Shown: one piece after another, positions 1 through 9,637 of the stretch
How positions within the stretch are numbered: the stretch's first letter is position 1
How the letters are laid out: every line of letters starts with the position of its first letter
Source of the DNA: an uncultured bacterium
GTDB lineage: Bacteria; Fidelibacterota; UBA2242; JAFGTP01
Direction: 5' to 3'
NCBI GenBank assembly: GCA_964498725.1
Contig: CAZCHS010000006.1
Location: 1,968 to 65,967 of the forward strand
DNA length: 64,000 bases
Translations under genes and position numbers: made by a program
The notes under the pieces: generated by a model
Seen by the model: only the letters and a program-made list of their open reading frames with translations
Database searches by the model: none
What the model was told of the DNA's origin: nothing

Positions 1-491
1 GCCGGAATTCGCGTCAAGGGCGTATAAGCATTCATGGAGGAAATATTCAATATCTGTCCCTCTCCCCGCTCGGCAAAATGTTTTGATACGATTTGCGAGG
101 GAATTATTGTTCCCATAATATTAAGGTCAAAGACATGTTTCATGCCTTTCTCCGTCAATTCGTAAAAGGCTTTTTCCGCTGATGTTGTGGCATCAGGATG
201 ATTGCCGCCGGCCGCATTGATCAAGACATCAATTTGACCGAATTTGTCAATGGCTTTGGCAACTGAATCTTCTATTGAATCCTTATCCAGCACATCGGTT
301 TTTATAGCGAAAATATTTTTCTCATCACCATTCAGGCGCTCCATCAGTTCCCTGGCTTTAGGGCAATTTCTGTCAAACAGCACTACTTTTGCGCCGGCTG
401 CGATCAGGCCCTTGGCAATTGCCGATCCCAATACACCAGTGCCGCCGGTGATGCAAATGACTTTATCGTTTAAATCAAACAGGTTATTCAA
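1..491 (-). CDS. uxuB: SDR-family D-mannonate oxidoreductase (fructuronate reductase), truncated at window edge
   Basis: Read by eye (not in ORF track): AAGGAG RBS then TTG start at 491, MNNLFDLNDKVICITGGTGVLG (Rossmann motif), INAAGGNHP, SSMNAYTPLTRIPA; last visible gene of a hexuronate operon. Confidence 0.85.
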   Translation of the reverse strand, partial: MNNLFDLNDKVICITGGTGVLGSAIAKGLIAAGAKVVLFDRNCPKARELMERLNGDEKNIFAIKTDVLDKDSIEDSVAKAIDKFGQIDVLINAAGGNHPDATTSAEKAFYELTEKGMKHVFDLNIMGTIIPSQIVSKHFAERGEGQILNISSMNAYTPLTRIP

Positions 492-585
492 TGATATATC
501 TCCTTTTTGGTTGCGAATTGTAAATCCGCGTTCCTTATTATTTAACATGTAAGGGATCGCGGAATTGTATTCCGCATTATTCTTA

Positions 586-1881
586 TTAATATCCAAATAG
601 TCTTGGCAATGCCAGTGTGATCCATGGAAAATAGGTCACCAGCAGCAGCACAATAAACATGGCGATGTAGAGCGGCAGCAAGGGTTTCACCATTTTTCCA
701 ATTGAAGTTTTCCCGATGCCGCAACCAAGAAACAGCACACTGCCCACTGGCGGCGTCGTCAGACCAATACAGAGATTCATGACCATAATGATCCCAAAAT
801 GCAGCGGTGTAATACCAAGTTCCGTCACCACCGGCAGAAATATCGGCGTAAAGATCAACACCGCCGGCGTCATATCCATAAAAGTGCCTACCACCAACAA
901 AATTAAATTGATGATCAACAGAATAATAATTTTACTATCGGTCAATGCCACCAAAGCGGCGCTGATACTTTGGGGAATATTTTCATAGGACAAAATCCAG
1001 GACATGGCGCTTGAAGTCCCGATCAAAAGCATTACAATTGCGGTGGTTTCTACAGACCTGATGAGAATTTCCGGCATCTGGGTCAATCTTACTTCCCGAT
1101 AAACAAATACCGATAAAATAAAGGAATAGAGCACGGCAATGGCGCTGGCTTCCGTGGCTGTAAATATCCCGGAAATAATCCCACCAATCACAATCACGAT
1201 CAACATCAGGCTGGGAATTGCCGCTAAAAACCTTTTCAGGCTGGTCCACATATCTTCCCGCTGACTGGTAGGATATTTATTGATTATAGAAATGATAGCC
1301 GCCACGATCATCAAACCAAGTCCCATTAAAATTCCCGGTAAATACCCGGCAATAAAAAGAGCGGCAATGGAAACACCTCCGCTGGCAAGGGAATAAACGA
1401 TCAGCACATTACTGGGCGGTATCAGCAAACCGGTTGTCGATGCAGTCACTGTAATGGCGGTATTAAAATTCTTATCATAGCCTTCTTTGTTCATTATCGG
1501 AATCATAAATCCGCCAATGGCCGAAGTGGCCGCTGCCGCTGATCCTGAAATCGCGCCAAAAAACATACAGGCCACAATATTCACAATGGCCAACCCACCG
1601 GGCAACATTCCCACCAAAACCTTGGCAAAATCGATCAGTCGCCGGGCAATGCCACCCCGTCCCATCAGTTGCCCTGACAAAATAAAAAAAGGAATGGCCA
1701 GTAGTGCGAAACTGTCAATACCCGACGCCATACGCTGGGCCACCGTAACAATCGCCGGTTCAAAGGGAATAGTCACCAGCATGGTCAAAAAAGTTGATAT
1801 GCCGATACTCACCGCGATTGGTACACTCAAAGCCAGTAAGATCACAAAGGAAACAATTAAGACAAGTACTGATAATTCCAT
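586..1881 (-). CDS. dctM: TRAP transporter large permease
   Basis: 431-aa hydrophobic protein, LLAIPFFILSG, GLLIPPS, TPPVG motifs. Confidence 0.95.
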   Translation of the reverse strand: MELSVLVLIVSFVILLALSVPIAVSIGISTFLTMLVTIPFEPAIVTVAQRMASGIDSFALLAIPFFILSGQLMGRGGIARRLIDFAKVLVGMLPGGLAIVNIVACMFFGAISGSAAAATSAIGGFMIPIMNKEGYDKNFNTAITVTASTTGLLIPPSNVLIVYSLASGGVSIAALFIAGYLPGILMGLGLMIVAAIISIINKYPTSQREDMWTSLKRFLAAIPSLMLIVIVIGGIISGIFTATEASAIAVLYSFILSVFVYREVRLTQMPEILIRSVETTAIVMLLIGTSSAMSWILSYENIPQSISAALVALTDSKIIILLIINLILLVVGTFMDMTPAVLIFTPIFLPVVTELGITPLHFGIIMVMNLCIGLTTPPVGSVLFLGCGIGKTSIGKMVKPLLPLYIAMFIVLLLVTYFPWITLALPRLFGY

Positions 1882-1882
1882 C

Positions 1883-2362
1883 TCAGGTTTCCTCTGCTTT
1901 TAACGCGGTGACAATAAAATCCAGAGAGTAGAAGATCATCAGCAATCCGGACATGGGTATGACAAAATAGACATACCCTATTTTAATGCCAATAGAGGCA
2001 GATATCTGGTTTAATTGAAAGGTCATCGCCATCAATTTAAATCCACCGATGACCATCACGATCAGGGCAAACAGCGCCACCAATGTATAGATGATCACTT
2101 CGACAATTTGCCTCCTGGTCCCTTTCAACTTGTAGGTCAGAATATCGATACCCAGATGCATGCGGGTGTGGAGTGTATAACTGGCGCCCAACACACCAAT
2201 CCAGATTAACAGAAACCGCGCCAGTTCTTCCGTCCAGGAACTGGAATTCCGCAGCACTAAGCGGGTAAACACCTGCCAGGTGACATCCAGAACGATTAAC
2301 GCCATCAGCAGGATTAAAAACCAACTGAGATATTTCGTCACATGATCCACAATCTTTCCCAT
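1883..2362 (-). CDS. dctQ: TRAP transporter small permease
   Basis: 4 TM segments, SWTEELARFLLIW motif; start re-chosen at MGKIVD. Confidence 0.9.
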   Translation of the reverse strand: MGKIVDHVTKYLSWFLILLMALIVLDVTWQVFTRLVLRNSSSWTEELARFLLIWIGVLGASYTLHTRMHLGIDILTYKLKGTRRQIVEVIIYTLVALFALIVMVIGGFKLMAMTFQLNQISASIGIKIGYVYFVIPMSGLLMIFYSLDFIVTALKAEET

Positions 2363-2372
2363 ACATCCCTCT

Positions 2373-3347
2373 CTATTCAATCTCATTTATTTTTTCAAGT
2401 AATTCGTAAATAGAAGTGCCTTTGTAAGCCAATTTTAACGCCTGCACAGCATCCTGAAAATTCTTTTTGTCCGGATAGATCACCTCCACACCGGCTTTTC
2501 GTACCATCTCCAAAGCATGGTCTGAAGACTCTTTCCACAGTTTGCGTTGATAGGGAACTGATTCATCGACTGCCTCCTGCAACCATTGTTGCTCTTGTGC
2601 AGTAAGATTGTCCCAGACTTTGGTACTGATCAGCAAAATGTCCGGTATCGCTGTGTGTTCATCCAAACTATAATATTTGCAGACTTCGTAATGTCGCGAC
2701 AAGTAGAAACTGGGCGGATTATTTTCCGCGGCATCCACAACCCCTTGTTGTAATGCGGTATAGAGTTCACCCCACGGAATCGGTGTTGCGGAACCGCCAA
2801 GCGCCTGGACCATTTGAACAGCGGTTTTGCTTTTCATGACCCTGATTTTCAATCCTTCCAGATCATCCGGAGTGTTGACCGGACGGTCTTTGGTGTAAAA
2901 ACTACGGGAGCCGGCATCGTAATAGCACATTCCTCGTAAAAAGTAATTTTGTCCGGATAGTAATAGTTTCTTCCCGATATTGCTGTTCAATACTCTCCAT
3001 AAATGCGCTTCACTACGAAATACGTAAGGCAGGCTGAATACTTTCATTTCCGGCACAAAAGATTCCATGGGACTGGCGGAAACCTTAGTCATGCCGAGAC
3101 TGCCGATCTGCAGCAGTTCAATCAGTTCCCGTTCATTCCCCAATTGGCCGCCGGGATAGATGTCCAGTTTCATTTTGCCACCGGATTTTTCCGCCAGTTT
3201 CATGCCCATAAATACCATGGCCTGATGCACGGAGTGGGACTGGTCGAGACTGTGGCCGAGTTTGATGACAGTGACCTGATTATCTTTTTCGCAGGAAAAA
3301 ACCATTATCATAACCAATACCGCAATTTGTATTTTTAAATATTTCAT
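2373..3347 (-). CDS. dctP: TRAP substrate-binding lipoprotein (probably hexuronate)
   Basis: Lipobox-like VFSC, GLKIRVM, ELYTALQQGVVDAAENN. Confidence 0.93.
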   Translation of the reverse strand: MKYLKIQIAVLVMIMVFSCEKDNQVTVIKLGHSLDQSHSVHQAMVFMGMKLAEKSGGKMKLDIYPGGQLGNERELIELLQIGSLGMTKVSASPMESFVPEMKVFSLPYVFRSEAHLWRVLNSNIGKKLLLSGQNYFLRGMCYYDAGSRSFYTKDRPVNTPDDLEGLKIRVMKSKTAVQMVQALGGSATPIPWGELYTALQQGVVDAAENNPPSFYLSRHYEVCKYYSLDEHTAIPDILLISTKVWDNLTAQEQQWLQEAVDESVPYQRKLWKESSDHALEMVRKAGVEVIYPDKKNFQDAVQALKLAYKGTSIYELLEKINEIE

Positions 3348-3378
3348 TTATTCCCCTGTAAAATATAAAACCATCTAC

Positions 3379-4788
3379 TCATCCCAACTTATATGCTTCT
3401 TTCACCAGATCATAAGTCAGCGCTTTAATAATTTTCAGGGCTTCCGGTTTGGAGATGATATGCCGGGCCACTTTTCCCGCCAGAAAATTCGCATCGATAC
3501 GCCGTGCCAGGTCATGACGCGCCGGGATAGACGGAAACGCGCGGGTGTCATCATTAAATCCCACAGTATTATAAAAACCAGCAGTTTCTGTCACCCGCTC
3601 ACGAAACCGGGTCATGCCTTCGATTGAATCGTTAAACCACCAGGCCGGGCCCAATTTCAGCGCCGGATAGTGTCCGGCCAGGGGCGCCAGTTCACGGCTA
3701 TAGGTATCCTCATCCAGTGTAAATAATATTATCGAGAGATCAGGTTCATTACCAAATTTATTCAATAATTCCCGCATATTTCGAGTATATTCGGTTTGTA
3801 CCGGAATATCACAGCCTTTATCCAAACCAAACTTATTAAAAACCATCTGATTGTGGTTGCGCAACACTCCGGGATGGATTTGCATGACCAGGCCGTCTTC
3901 CACTGACATTTCCGCCATTTTCATCAACATGTGGGCGGTGAAAAATTCCGCATCTCTTTGAGTATGCGTCCGGTCCATAGCCTTTTGAAAAATTCGCTCG
4001 GCGTCAATATCACGCAACAAATGAGTATACGGACTAACTACTCCCTGGTCAGTGGCTACCGTACCATTCTCTATAAAATATTGACGCCGCTGCCTGAGGG
4101 CTTCAATCAGGTCGGAATACTTTGTAATTTCTTTTCCTATAATTTCACCCAACTTCTGAATACTGCTCAGCCAATCCGGCCGGGCAATATCAGTCACGGA
4201 ATCAGGCCGGAAACTGGGTATTACATTACCATTCCAGCCGGAATTACGAATATTCTGATGCGCCTGCAAATCATCCTCAGCCGCGTCAGTAGTAGAAATC
4301 AATTCTATATTAAAAGAATCAAATAAATTTCTGGGTAGAAATTCCGGTGAACTTAATTTTTCCTGAACCTCAGCGTATATTTTTGGGGCGTTTTCAGAAT
4401 TCAATTCACAGGAAACATCAAAAACCTCATAAAGTTCATGCGCGAGCCAGACACCGGAGGGCGTTCCGGCAAAAAGATACCAATGATCAGCAAACCGCTG
4501 CCAGATTTTTTCGGGATCAGATTCCACCGGTGAATCGTCAACCGTCGGCACCCCCATAGCCTTCATTGATACGCCCTGTGAATAGAGCATGCGAAACAGA
4601 TAATGGTCGGGAATCAGAAACAATTCCGCCGGATTGGGAAAAGGCCGGTTTTCCGAAAACAATGTCGGGTCCACATGACCGTGAGGACTGATAATCGGCA
4701 TATCCTTGACCGATTCATACAATTCACGGGCAATTTTTCTGACGCCCGGATCAGGATCAAAAAATCTATCAGGATTTAATTTTGGCAT
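3379..4788 (-). CDS. uxaC: Uronate (glucuronate) isomerase
   Basis: PIISPHGH, PDHYLFRML, GPAWWFND, GFNDDTRAF; start at MPKLNP after GGAG. Confidence 0.95.
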   Translation of the reverse strand: MPKLNPDRFFDPDPGVRKIARELYESVKDMPIISPHGHVDPTLFSENRPFPNPAELFLIPDHYLFRMLYSQGVSMKAMGVPTVDDSPVESDPEKIWQRFADHWYLFAGTPSGVWLAHELYEVFDVSCELNSENAPKIYAEVQEKLSSPEFLPRNLFDSFNIELISTTDAAEDDLQAHQNIRNSGWNGNVIPSFRPDSVTDIARPDWLSSIQKLGEIIGKEITKYSDLIEALRQRRQYFIENGTVATDQGVVSPYTHLLRDIDAERIFQKAMDRTHTQRDAEFFTAHMLMKMAEMSVEDGLVMQIHPGVLRNHNQMVFNKFGLDKGCDIPVQTEYTRNMRELLNKFGNEPDLSIILFTLDEDTYSRELAPLAGHYPALKLGPAWWFNDSIEGMTRFRERVTETAGFYNTVGFNDDTRAFPSIPARHDLARRIDANFLAGKVARHIISKPEALKIIKALTYDLVKEAYKLG

Positions 4789-4792
4789 TGGA

Positions 4793-5818
4793 TCACTCCT
4801 TTTTAATGCAGGTTTGACCAATATTTAGTGTTACCGGCATGACAATTTTCTTTTCCTCAATGGGTGATTTTTCTTCAATTTGATCAATGATCAGTTCAAC
4901 CGCCTTGCGGCCAATATCAACAGCCGGCATGTGAATTCCCGTGATTGAGGGATTTAAAAATTGGTTATAGTCCGCGTCACCAAAACAGACAAGATCAATA
5001 TCTTTCGGGATTGAGAGATTTAATTCCCGGGCAGCCTGCAAAACACCCAGGGCAACAGGAAACGTAACTGCAAACAGAAGTTCCGGCAAATTGCTGGTCT
5101 GGTGTAACTGCATAAATCCATTGTAGCCATCTTTCACGGAAAAACCGCCGCAAACAATATAATCGGGATCAACAGTCAACTGATGGGCTTCCAGGGCTTT
5201 TGTAAAGCCTTTGCAACGGGCCGCACCGATATTTGTATTCTTATATCCACCAATGTGCCCCAGTTTGGTGTATCCCTGCTTAATTGCATGTTCCGTGATC
5301 TTAAATGCGCCGGCCTCATCATCTGACATAATGCAGTTAAATCCCAATCCGTTGATAACACGGTCAAAAAATATCAGTGGAATGCCCCGCTTTTTAATTT
5401 CCCGGAAAATAGCAGTATCCTTAGTATCTTCCGTCACTGAAATCAACAAACCATCCACCCGCATGGCCAGTAAATTACGAATATGTGTCACTTCTTCGGC
5501 AGCGCATTCCTGCGACGCAGTCATGATGATTTCATAATTTTTCTGCTGGGCGGCAGCGTAAATGCTTTCGATGGCTTCCGAAAAAAAATGATGATTAATT
5601 TTAGGGATTACCAGGCCGATGGTTCTGGTTTTTTTCGCGGAAAGATTTCTGGCCAGAATATTGGGTGTATATCCCATTTCATTGACCATCTCGCTGACTT
5701 TCTTCTTAGTCTCTGTGGAAATATCAGAGTGATCACGCAATGCTTTGGAGATAGTTACTTTTGATACCCCTAATTTTTCTGCAATATCGGCTAATGTAAT
5801 TTGTTTTTTTGATTTCAA
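4793..5818 (-). CDS. LacI-family transcriptional regulator of hexuronate utilisation
   Basis: ITLADIAEKLGVSKVTISKAL HTH, YTPNILARNL hinge, periplasmic-binding-type core. Confidence 0.95.
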   Translation of the reverse strand: MKSKKQITLADIAEKLGVSKVTISKALRDHSDISTETKKKVSEMVNEMGYTPNILARNLSAKKTRTIGLVIPKINHHFFSEAIESIYAAAQQKNYEIIMTASQECAAEEVTHIRNLLAMRVDGLLISVTEDTKDTAIFREIKKRGIPLIFFDRVINGLGFNCIMSDDEAGAFKITEHAIKQGYTKLGHIGGYKNTNIGAARCKGFTKALEAHQLTVDPDYIVCGGFSVKDGYNGFMQLHQTSNLPELLFAVTFPVALGVLQAARELNLSIPKDIDLVCFGDADYNQFLNPSITGIHMPAVDIGRKAVELIIDQIEEKSPIEEKKIVMPVTLNIGQTCIKKE

Positions 5819-5842
5819 CCTTATTCCCCTTTTCTTAACCGT

Positions 5843-5862
5843 TTACTTTATCGGTTAAGTAA
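5843..5862. promoter_or_regulatory. Putative LacI operator upstream of lacI-uxaC-dctPQM-uxuB
   Basis: Imperfect CG-centred palindrome TTACTTTATCGGTTAAGTAA, identical copy at 7258-7277. Confidence 0.85.
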
Positions 5863-5985
5863 GTTTATAAAATTACCGAAAGAGATGCAATATTTTTTTT
5901 GAATTTTTAGAGTGATGATATGTAGTTTGTTGGTTATACCTAATTACTTTGTAAATTTTGAGATGAACCCTTGCAGATTTTTAGA

Positions 5986-7227
5986 TTATAAAAATAATGG
6001 CGTCACATGCTTTTTAAATAAATTTTCCGTTACATTTTTGCCAATGACTTCTTCATTGATTTTTAGTGCATTCAGGTACTTCTCTCCCATTTTTGCAGCC
6101 ACTTTGTAGGAGATATGCAATAATTGGCGAACATTTTTATCATATTTAGGATTGGTTTGGTCATGACGCAAGGCTTCAGCAAATTCACGACTAGGCCACT
6201 TGTCAACTTCTTCAGGTGTTGGCAAAGCATCAAAATCGATGTCGATTACAGAAGCATAAGGCTTACAAAGGGCTTGCTTTTGAGCGAAACCTTTACGGTA
6301 GATTTCTTTAGCGATTTCCAGCCCTTCACCACCAGCTTCGGCCAGGCCGGTCAATTCTTCCAGCCAACTGGTACCTGCCGTTTTCAAATGAACGCCCATA
6401 TCAAATTTACGAATGGCTTCCCTGATTTTGGGATAGATAGCAAACTTATCACTGCCGGAGTGGACACTGAGTTTGAGATTCTCAGGCAAACCAAATTCTC
6501 TGATGGCATATTTGATAATGGCAAGATCCCTTTCAAATTCTTTGGCGAATTGGGACGTATCGCCTACGTATTCCACACCTTTATAAAAATCACCGGAAAA
6601 TTTCGGCGCAAGGGTATCAATCTGAAGTCCACGACCGGCTATCATTTCCAATATGAAAAATAATTCCACCGGTGTTTGCGGCGAGTCTGTTTCATCCATG
6701 GAGACTTCGATTACCACATCATCCTGGCGTTTTGCTTTAATATAAGCGTAGATTTTAACTGCTTCATTCACAGCGGGAAGATATTTTCTTGTAATATTTA
6801 TGATATTTTCTTCAGTAACAGTTAATTTTTCGTCAATGCCGGGAATTTCCAAAATACCGGTATATTGACGGCAATGATCAACATGATCCAGCACTTTTTT
6901 GTCATCAATTTCCCCCCCAATGGCATCGGCCACATCCAGAGTAAAAAAATTACAATAATCAATAAATAACTCCACATTTTTCAGGCCGATATGATCAGCG
7001 TCCAGAAAATAAGGTTTATTCCACTCAGTTTCTTGAATAGCGGACTCCACAGCTGCTTTAGTCATTGCCGGTGTGCTGCCGATTATTACATGTTCCCGGT
7101 GGGATTTGTTCCAGACCGGTGAAATTTCGATGCCCAATTTCTGTGCTTTTTGCACCACTGCCAACTGCGCTTTTGCCTGATGGCCGAAGCGGTCGCCCAT
7201 GCCTATTGAATATTTGGCTAATTTCAT
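5986..7227 (-). CDS. uxaE: Tagaturonate/fructuronate epimerase
   Basis: YSIGMGDRF, LDADH, EVSMDET, LSVHSGSDKF, HLKTAGTSWLE. Confidence 0.9.
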   Translation of the reverse strand: MKLAKYSIGMGDRFGHQAKAQLAVVQKAQKLGIEISPVWNKSHREHVIIGSTPAMTKAAVESAIQETEWNKPYFLDADHIGLKNVELFIDYCNFFTLDVADAIGGEIDDKKVLDHVDHCRQYTGILEIPGIDEKLTVTEENIINITRKYLPAVNEAVKIYAYIKAKRQDDVVIEVSMDETDSPQTPVELFFILEMIAGRGLQIDTLAPKFSGDFYKGVEYVGDTSQFAKEFERDLAIIKYAIREFGLPENLKLSVHSGSDKFAIYPKIREAIRKFDMGVHLKTAGTSWLEELTGLAEAGGEGLEIAKEIYRKGFAQKQALCKPYASVIDIDFDALPTPEEVDKWPSREFAEALRHDQTNPKYDKNVRQLLHISYKVAAKMGEKYLNALKINEEVIGKNVTENLFKKHVTPLFL

Positions 7228-7257
7228 TTTTTCCTCTTTGTTCATATATTTTATGGA

Positions 7258-7277
7258 TTACTTTATCGGTTAAGTAA
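7258..7277. promoter_or_regulatory. Putative LacI operator upstream of uxaE
   Basis: TTACTTTATCGGTTAAGTAA, identical to 5843-5862. Confidence 0.85.
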
Positions 7278-7402
7278 CCTAATTATTTTTATCTTAAAAA
7301 TGCAACTTTTTTATAAAAATTAATTGCCCGAGGGTGCGAAATTGATTCCAAATATATTTTGGGAACCAGCAGAACCGGAATTAGGGTGTGAAATAAAAGC
7401 AC

Positions 7403-7437
7403 AAAAAAAAGCCGGTACAACGACCGGCTTTTTTTTT
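7403..7437 (-). terminator. Intrinsic terminator (potentially bidirectional)
   Basis: A8-GCCGGT-loop-ACCGGC-T tract. Confidence 0.85.
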
Positions 7438-7458
7438 ACTAATCTATTTTGATAGTTA

Positions 7459-8514
7459 TTACTGCAGTTCTTTTGCTTTCTGGCGGTATTCTTCGGCTTC
7501 TTCTTGTTTACCCTGGTTGTAGAGGGATTTCCAGAGAATGTCATAGCCAATGTATTTTCCCTGGGGTTCGCAAACTTCCAAATATTTTCTGATAAAATAT
7601 TCTGATTTTTCATAATTTTTATTATTAAAGAAAGCTTCCGCGATTCTTACAATTACAGCTGCATCATCGGGATTATTATCCAGTACTTTTTCATATTCCT
7701 GAATCGCTTCTTCGTGACGCCCTACTTTTGATAAAATCTGGGCCAGCAAAAACCTTACATCAATATTGGAGGGATATTTTTCAATCAGTTCCTCTGCTGT
7801 TTTGATTGCTTCATCGTCGCGTTCGAGTTCTGCCAGATACTGAATATAGAGGGATTGTAATTCAATAAAGTCCGGATGTTCGTCCAGAATATCCCTGATC
7901 TTATCCAAAGTTTCTTCTTTGTTACCCGGCTTCCACAGGGCTCTTGTATAGTAATAAACCACGTCTTTGTCAAAAATACCATTATCAATAGCATCTTCAG
8001 CATATTTGATAACATTGGTGGTATCCTCGCTCAGGAAAAAGCATTTGATCATTCCATTATAGGTGGCTTTATCTTTTTTGATTTGCAGCGCTTTGATAAA
8101 TTTTTCACCGGCTAATGTGAATAAAGAGTCTCTCTCATCATCAAAAATCGCTTCGATGGCATCATTAAAATCTTCAACCGCTTCTGTATGCACCTGGGCC
8201 CATACCCTGGTTTTTTCCTGGTCTACTTTTTCTTTATAATTTTCCGGGTCCAGTTCTTTTGCTTTATCCAGTTCTTTCAGTGCTTTTTCCCAGTCACCCT
8301 GAGGCAGGTAAATATGGGTGGCTAATAAAAATGGAACTTCTGCATTATTGGGTTCTTTTTCTTTAGCAATTTCCAGCTGTTCCTTTGCCTTTTCAACATT
8401 GTCTTGCTGAAGGTAAACTTTTGCTGATGTAACTTCAGGACTCTGGCAAGAAGTAACCATTAAAGTTAGTACAACAAAAACAACTAAAATTCCCGTTATT
8501 CTCAAATTTTTCAT
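7459..8514 (-). CDS. TPR-repeat lipoprotein
   Basis: Signal peptide with VTSC lipobox, multiple TPR-like helices; start MKNLRI after AAGGAG. Confidence 0.85.
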   Translation of the reverse strand: MKNLRITGILVVFVVLTLMVTSCQSPEVTSAKVYLQQDNVEKAKEQLEIAKEKEPNNAEVPFLLATHIYLPQGDWEKALKELDKAKELDPENYKEKVDQEKTRVWAQVHTEAVEDFNDAIEAIFDDERDSLFTLAGEKFIKALQIKKDKATYNGMIKCFFLSEDTTNVIKYAEDAIDNGIFDKDVVYYYTRALWKPGNKEETLDKIRDILDEHPDFIELQSLYIQYLAELERDDEAIKTAEELIEKYPSNIDVRFLLAQILSKVGRHEEAIQEYEKVLDNNPDDAAVIVRIAEAFFNNKNYEKSEYFIRKYLEVCEPQGKYIGYDILWKSLYNQGKQEEAEEYRQKAKELQ

Positions 8515-8611
8515 TTTTGTCTCCTTATGAATTAACATTAATTTGACGTAATATATTAAAAATCTTCAGTCATTACAAGTGAATATCTTTGAAATATAAT
8601 CAAGAGGTTTA

Positions 8612-9637
8612 TCATTTCAAATCACTAAAATCATAGGGATATTGATAAATTCTGTCTTCAGTAATAATCCCTGAAATCAGATGACCCGGTGTAATATCAA
8701 AGGCCGGGGTAATTCCCCTGGTTTTATCCGGCGCCAGCTGATAGCCCTGAATATATTTGACTTCCAGTTCCGAGCGGTATTCAATGGGAATGTTTTCCCC
8801 GCTTTTTATGCTTTTGTCAATAGTTGAATTTGGCGCGGCAATATAAAAGGGGATCTTATGATATTTCGCCAGCACGCCCAGCGAATAGGTCCCGATCTTA
8901 TTGGCAGCATCGCCATTGGCGGCAATTCGATCTGCGCCCACAATAACCATATCGACTTTTTTCCGTTGCATCAGAAAACCGGCGGCACTATCGGTACAGA
9001 TTTCATGATGTATATTTTCCTGTTCCAGTTCCCACGAAGTCAGACGCGCCCCCTGCAAAAGCGGGCGGGTTTCATCGACAATGACATTAATAGTTTTACC
9101 CATTTTGTGGGCGGTAATAATAACGCCCAGGGCAGTGCCTAATCCACCGGTGGCCAGTCCGCCGGCATTGCAATGGGTGAGAATACCGGCTTTTTCCGGC
9201 ACTAAGGTATTGCCAAGAGCGCCGATTTTTTGGCAGCGATTGATATCATCGGTATGGATTTCACCGGCTTTTTCCCAGAGCAATTGCCAGATTTTTTCGA
9301 TTGTCAACTCTTTATTCTTCTCAGCCACATTCCTCATCTGGGTCAGCGCCCAACTCAGGTTCATGGCAGTCGGCCGGGTGGCATTGAGAAAACCGGCTAT
9401 TTCATTGAGTTGGCTAAAAAATTCCATTTTTGACCAATTATGGTAGTCTTTCAAACCGAGTGCTAATCCGTAAGCAGCAGCAATCCCAATTGCCGGTGCA
9501 CCCCTGATGGATAGTCTCTTAATTGCTTCCGCCATTTCCAGGTGATCCTTAACAGTAATTTTTATATAGTCACCAGGCAACTTTGTCTGGTCGACAATTT
9601 TAACTTGTCCATCTTCGATGAATAAGGGTTTGATCAT
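8612..9637 (-). CDS. mtnA: S-methyl-5-thioribose-1-phosphate isomerase
   Basis: IRGAPAIG, TRPTAMNL, LTHCNAGGLAT, DETRPLLQGARLT, NKIGTY. Confidence 0.93.
   Translation of the reverse strand: MIKPLFIEDGQVKIVDQTKLPGDYIKITVKDHLEMAEAIKRLSIRGAPAIGIAAAYGLALGLKDYHNWSKMEFFSQLNEIAGFLNATRPTAMNLSWALTQMRNVAEKNKELTIEKIWQLLWEKAGEIHTDDINRCQKIGALGNTLVPEKAGILTHCNAGGLATGGLGTALGVIITAHKMGKTINVIVDETRPLLQGARLTSWELEQENIHHEICTDSAAGFLMQRKKVDMVIVGADRIAANGDAANKIGTYSLGVLAKYHKIPFYIAAPNSTIDKSIKSGENIPIEYRSELEVKYIQGYQLAPDKTRGITPAFDITPGHLISGIITEDRIYQYPYDFSDLK

Noticed and set aside
8612-9637. Ribose-1,5-bisphosphate isomerase (pentose bisphosphate pathway) reading of the PfkB + eIF2B-like pair
   Set aside because: HCNAGGLAT and QGARLT motifs are MtnA-type; no RuBisCO or AMP phosphorylase in the window
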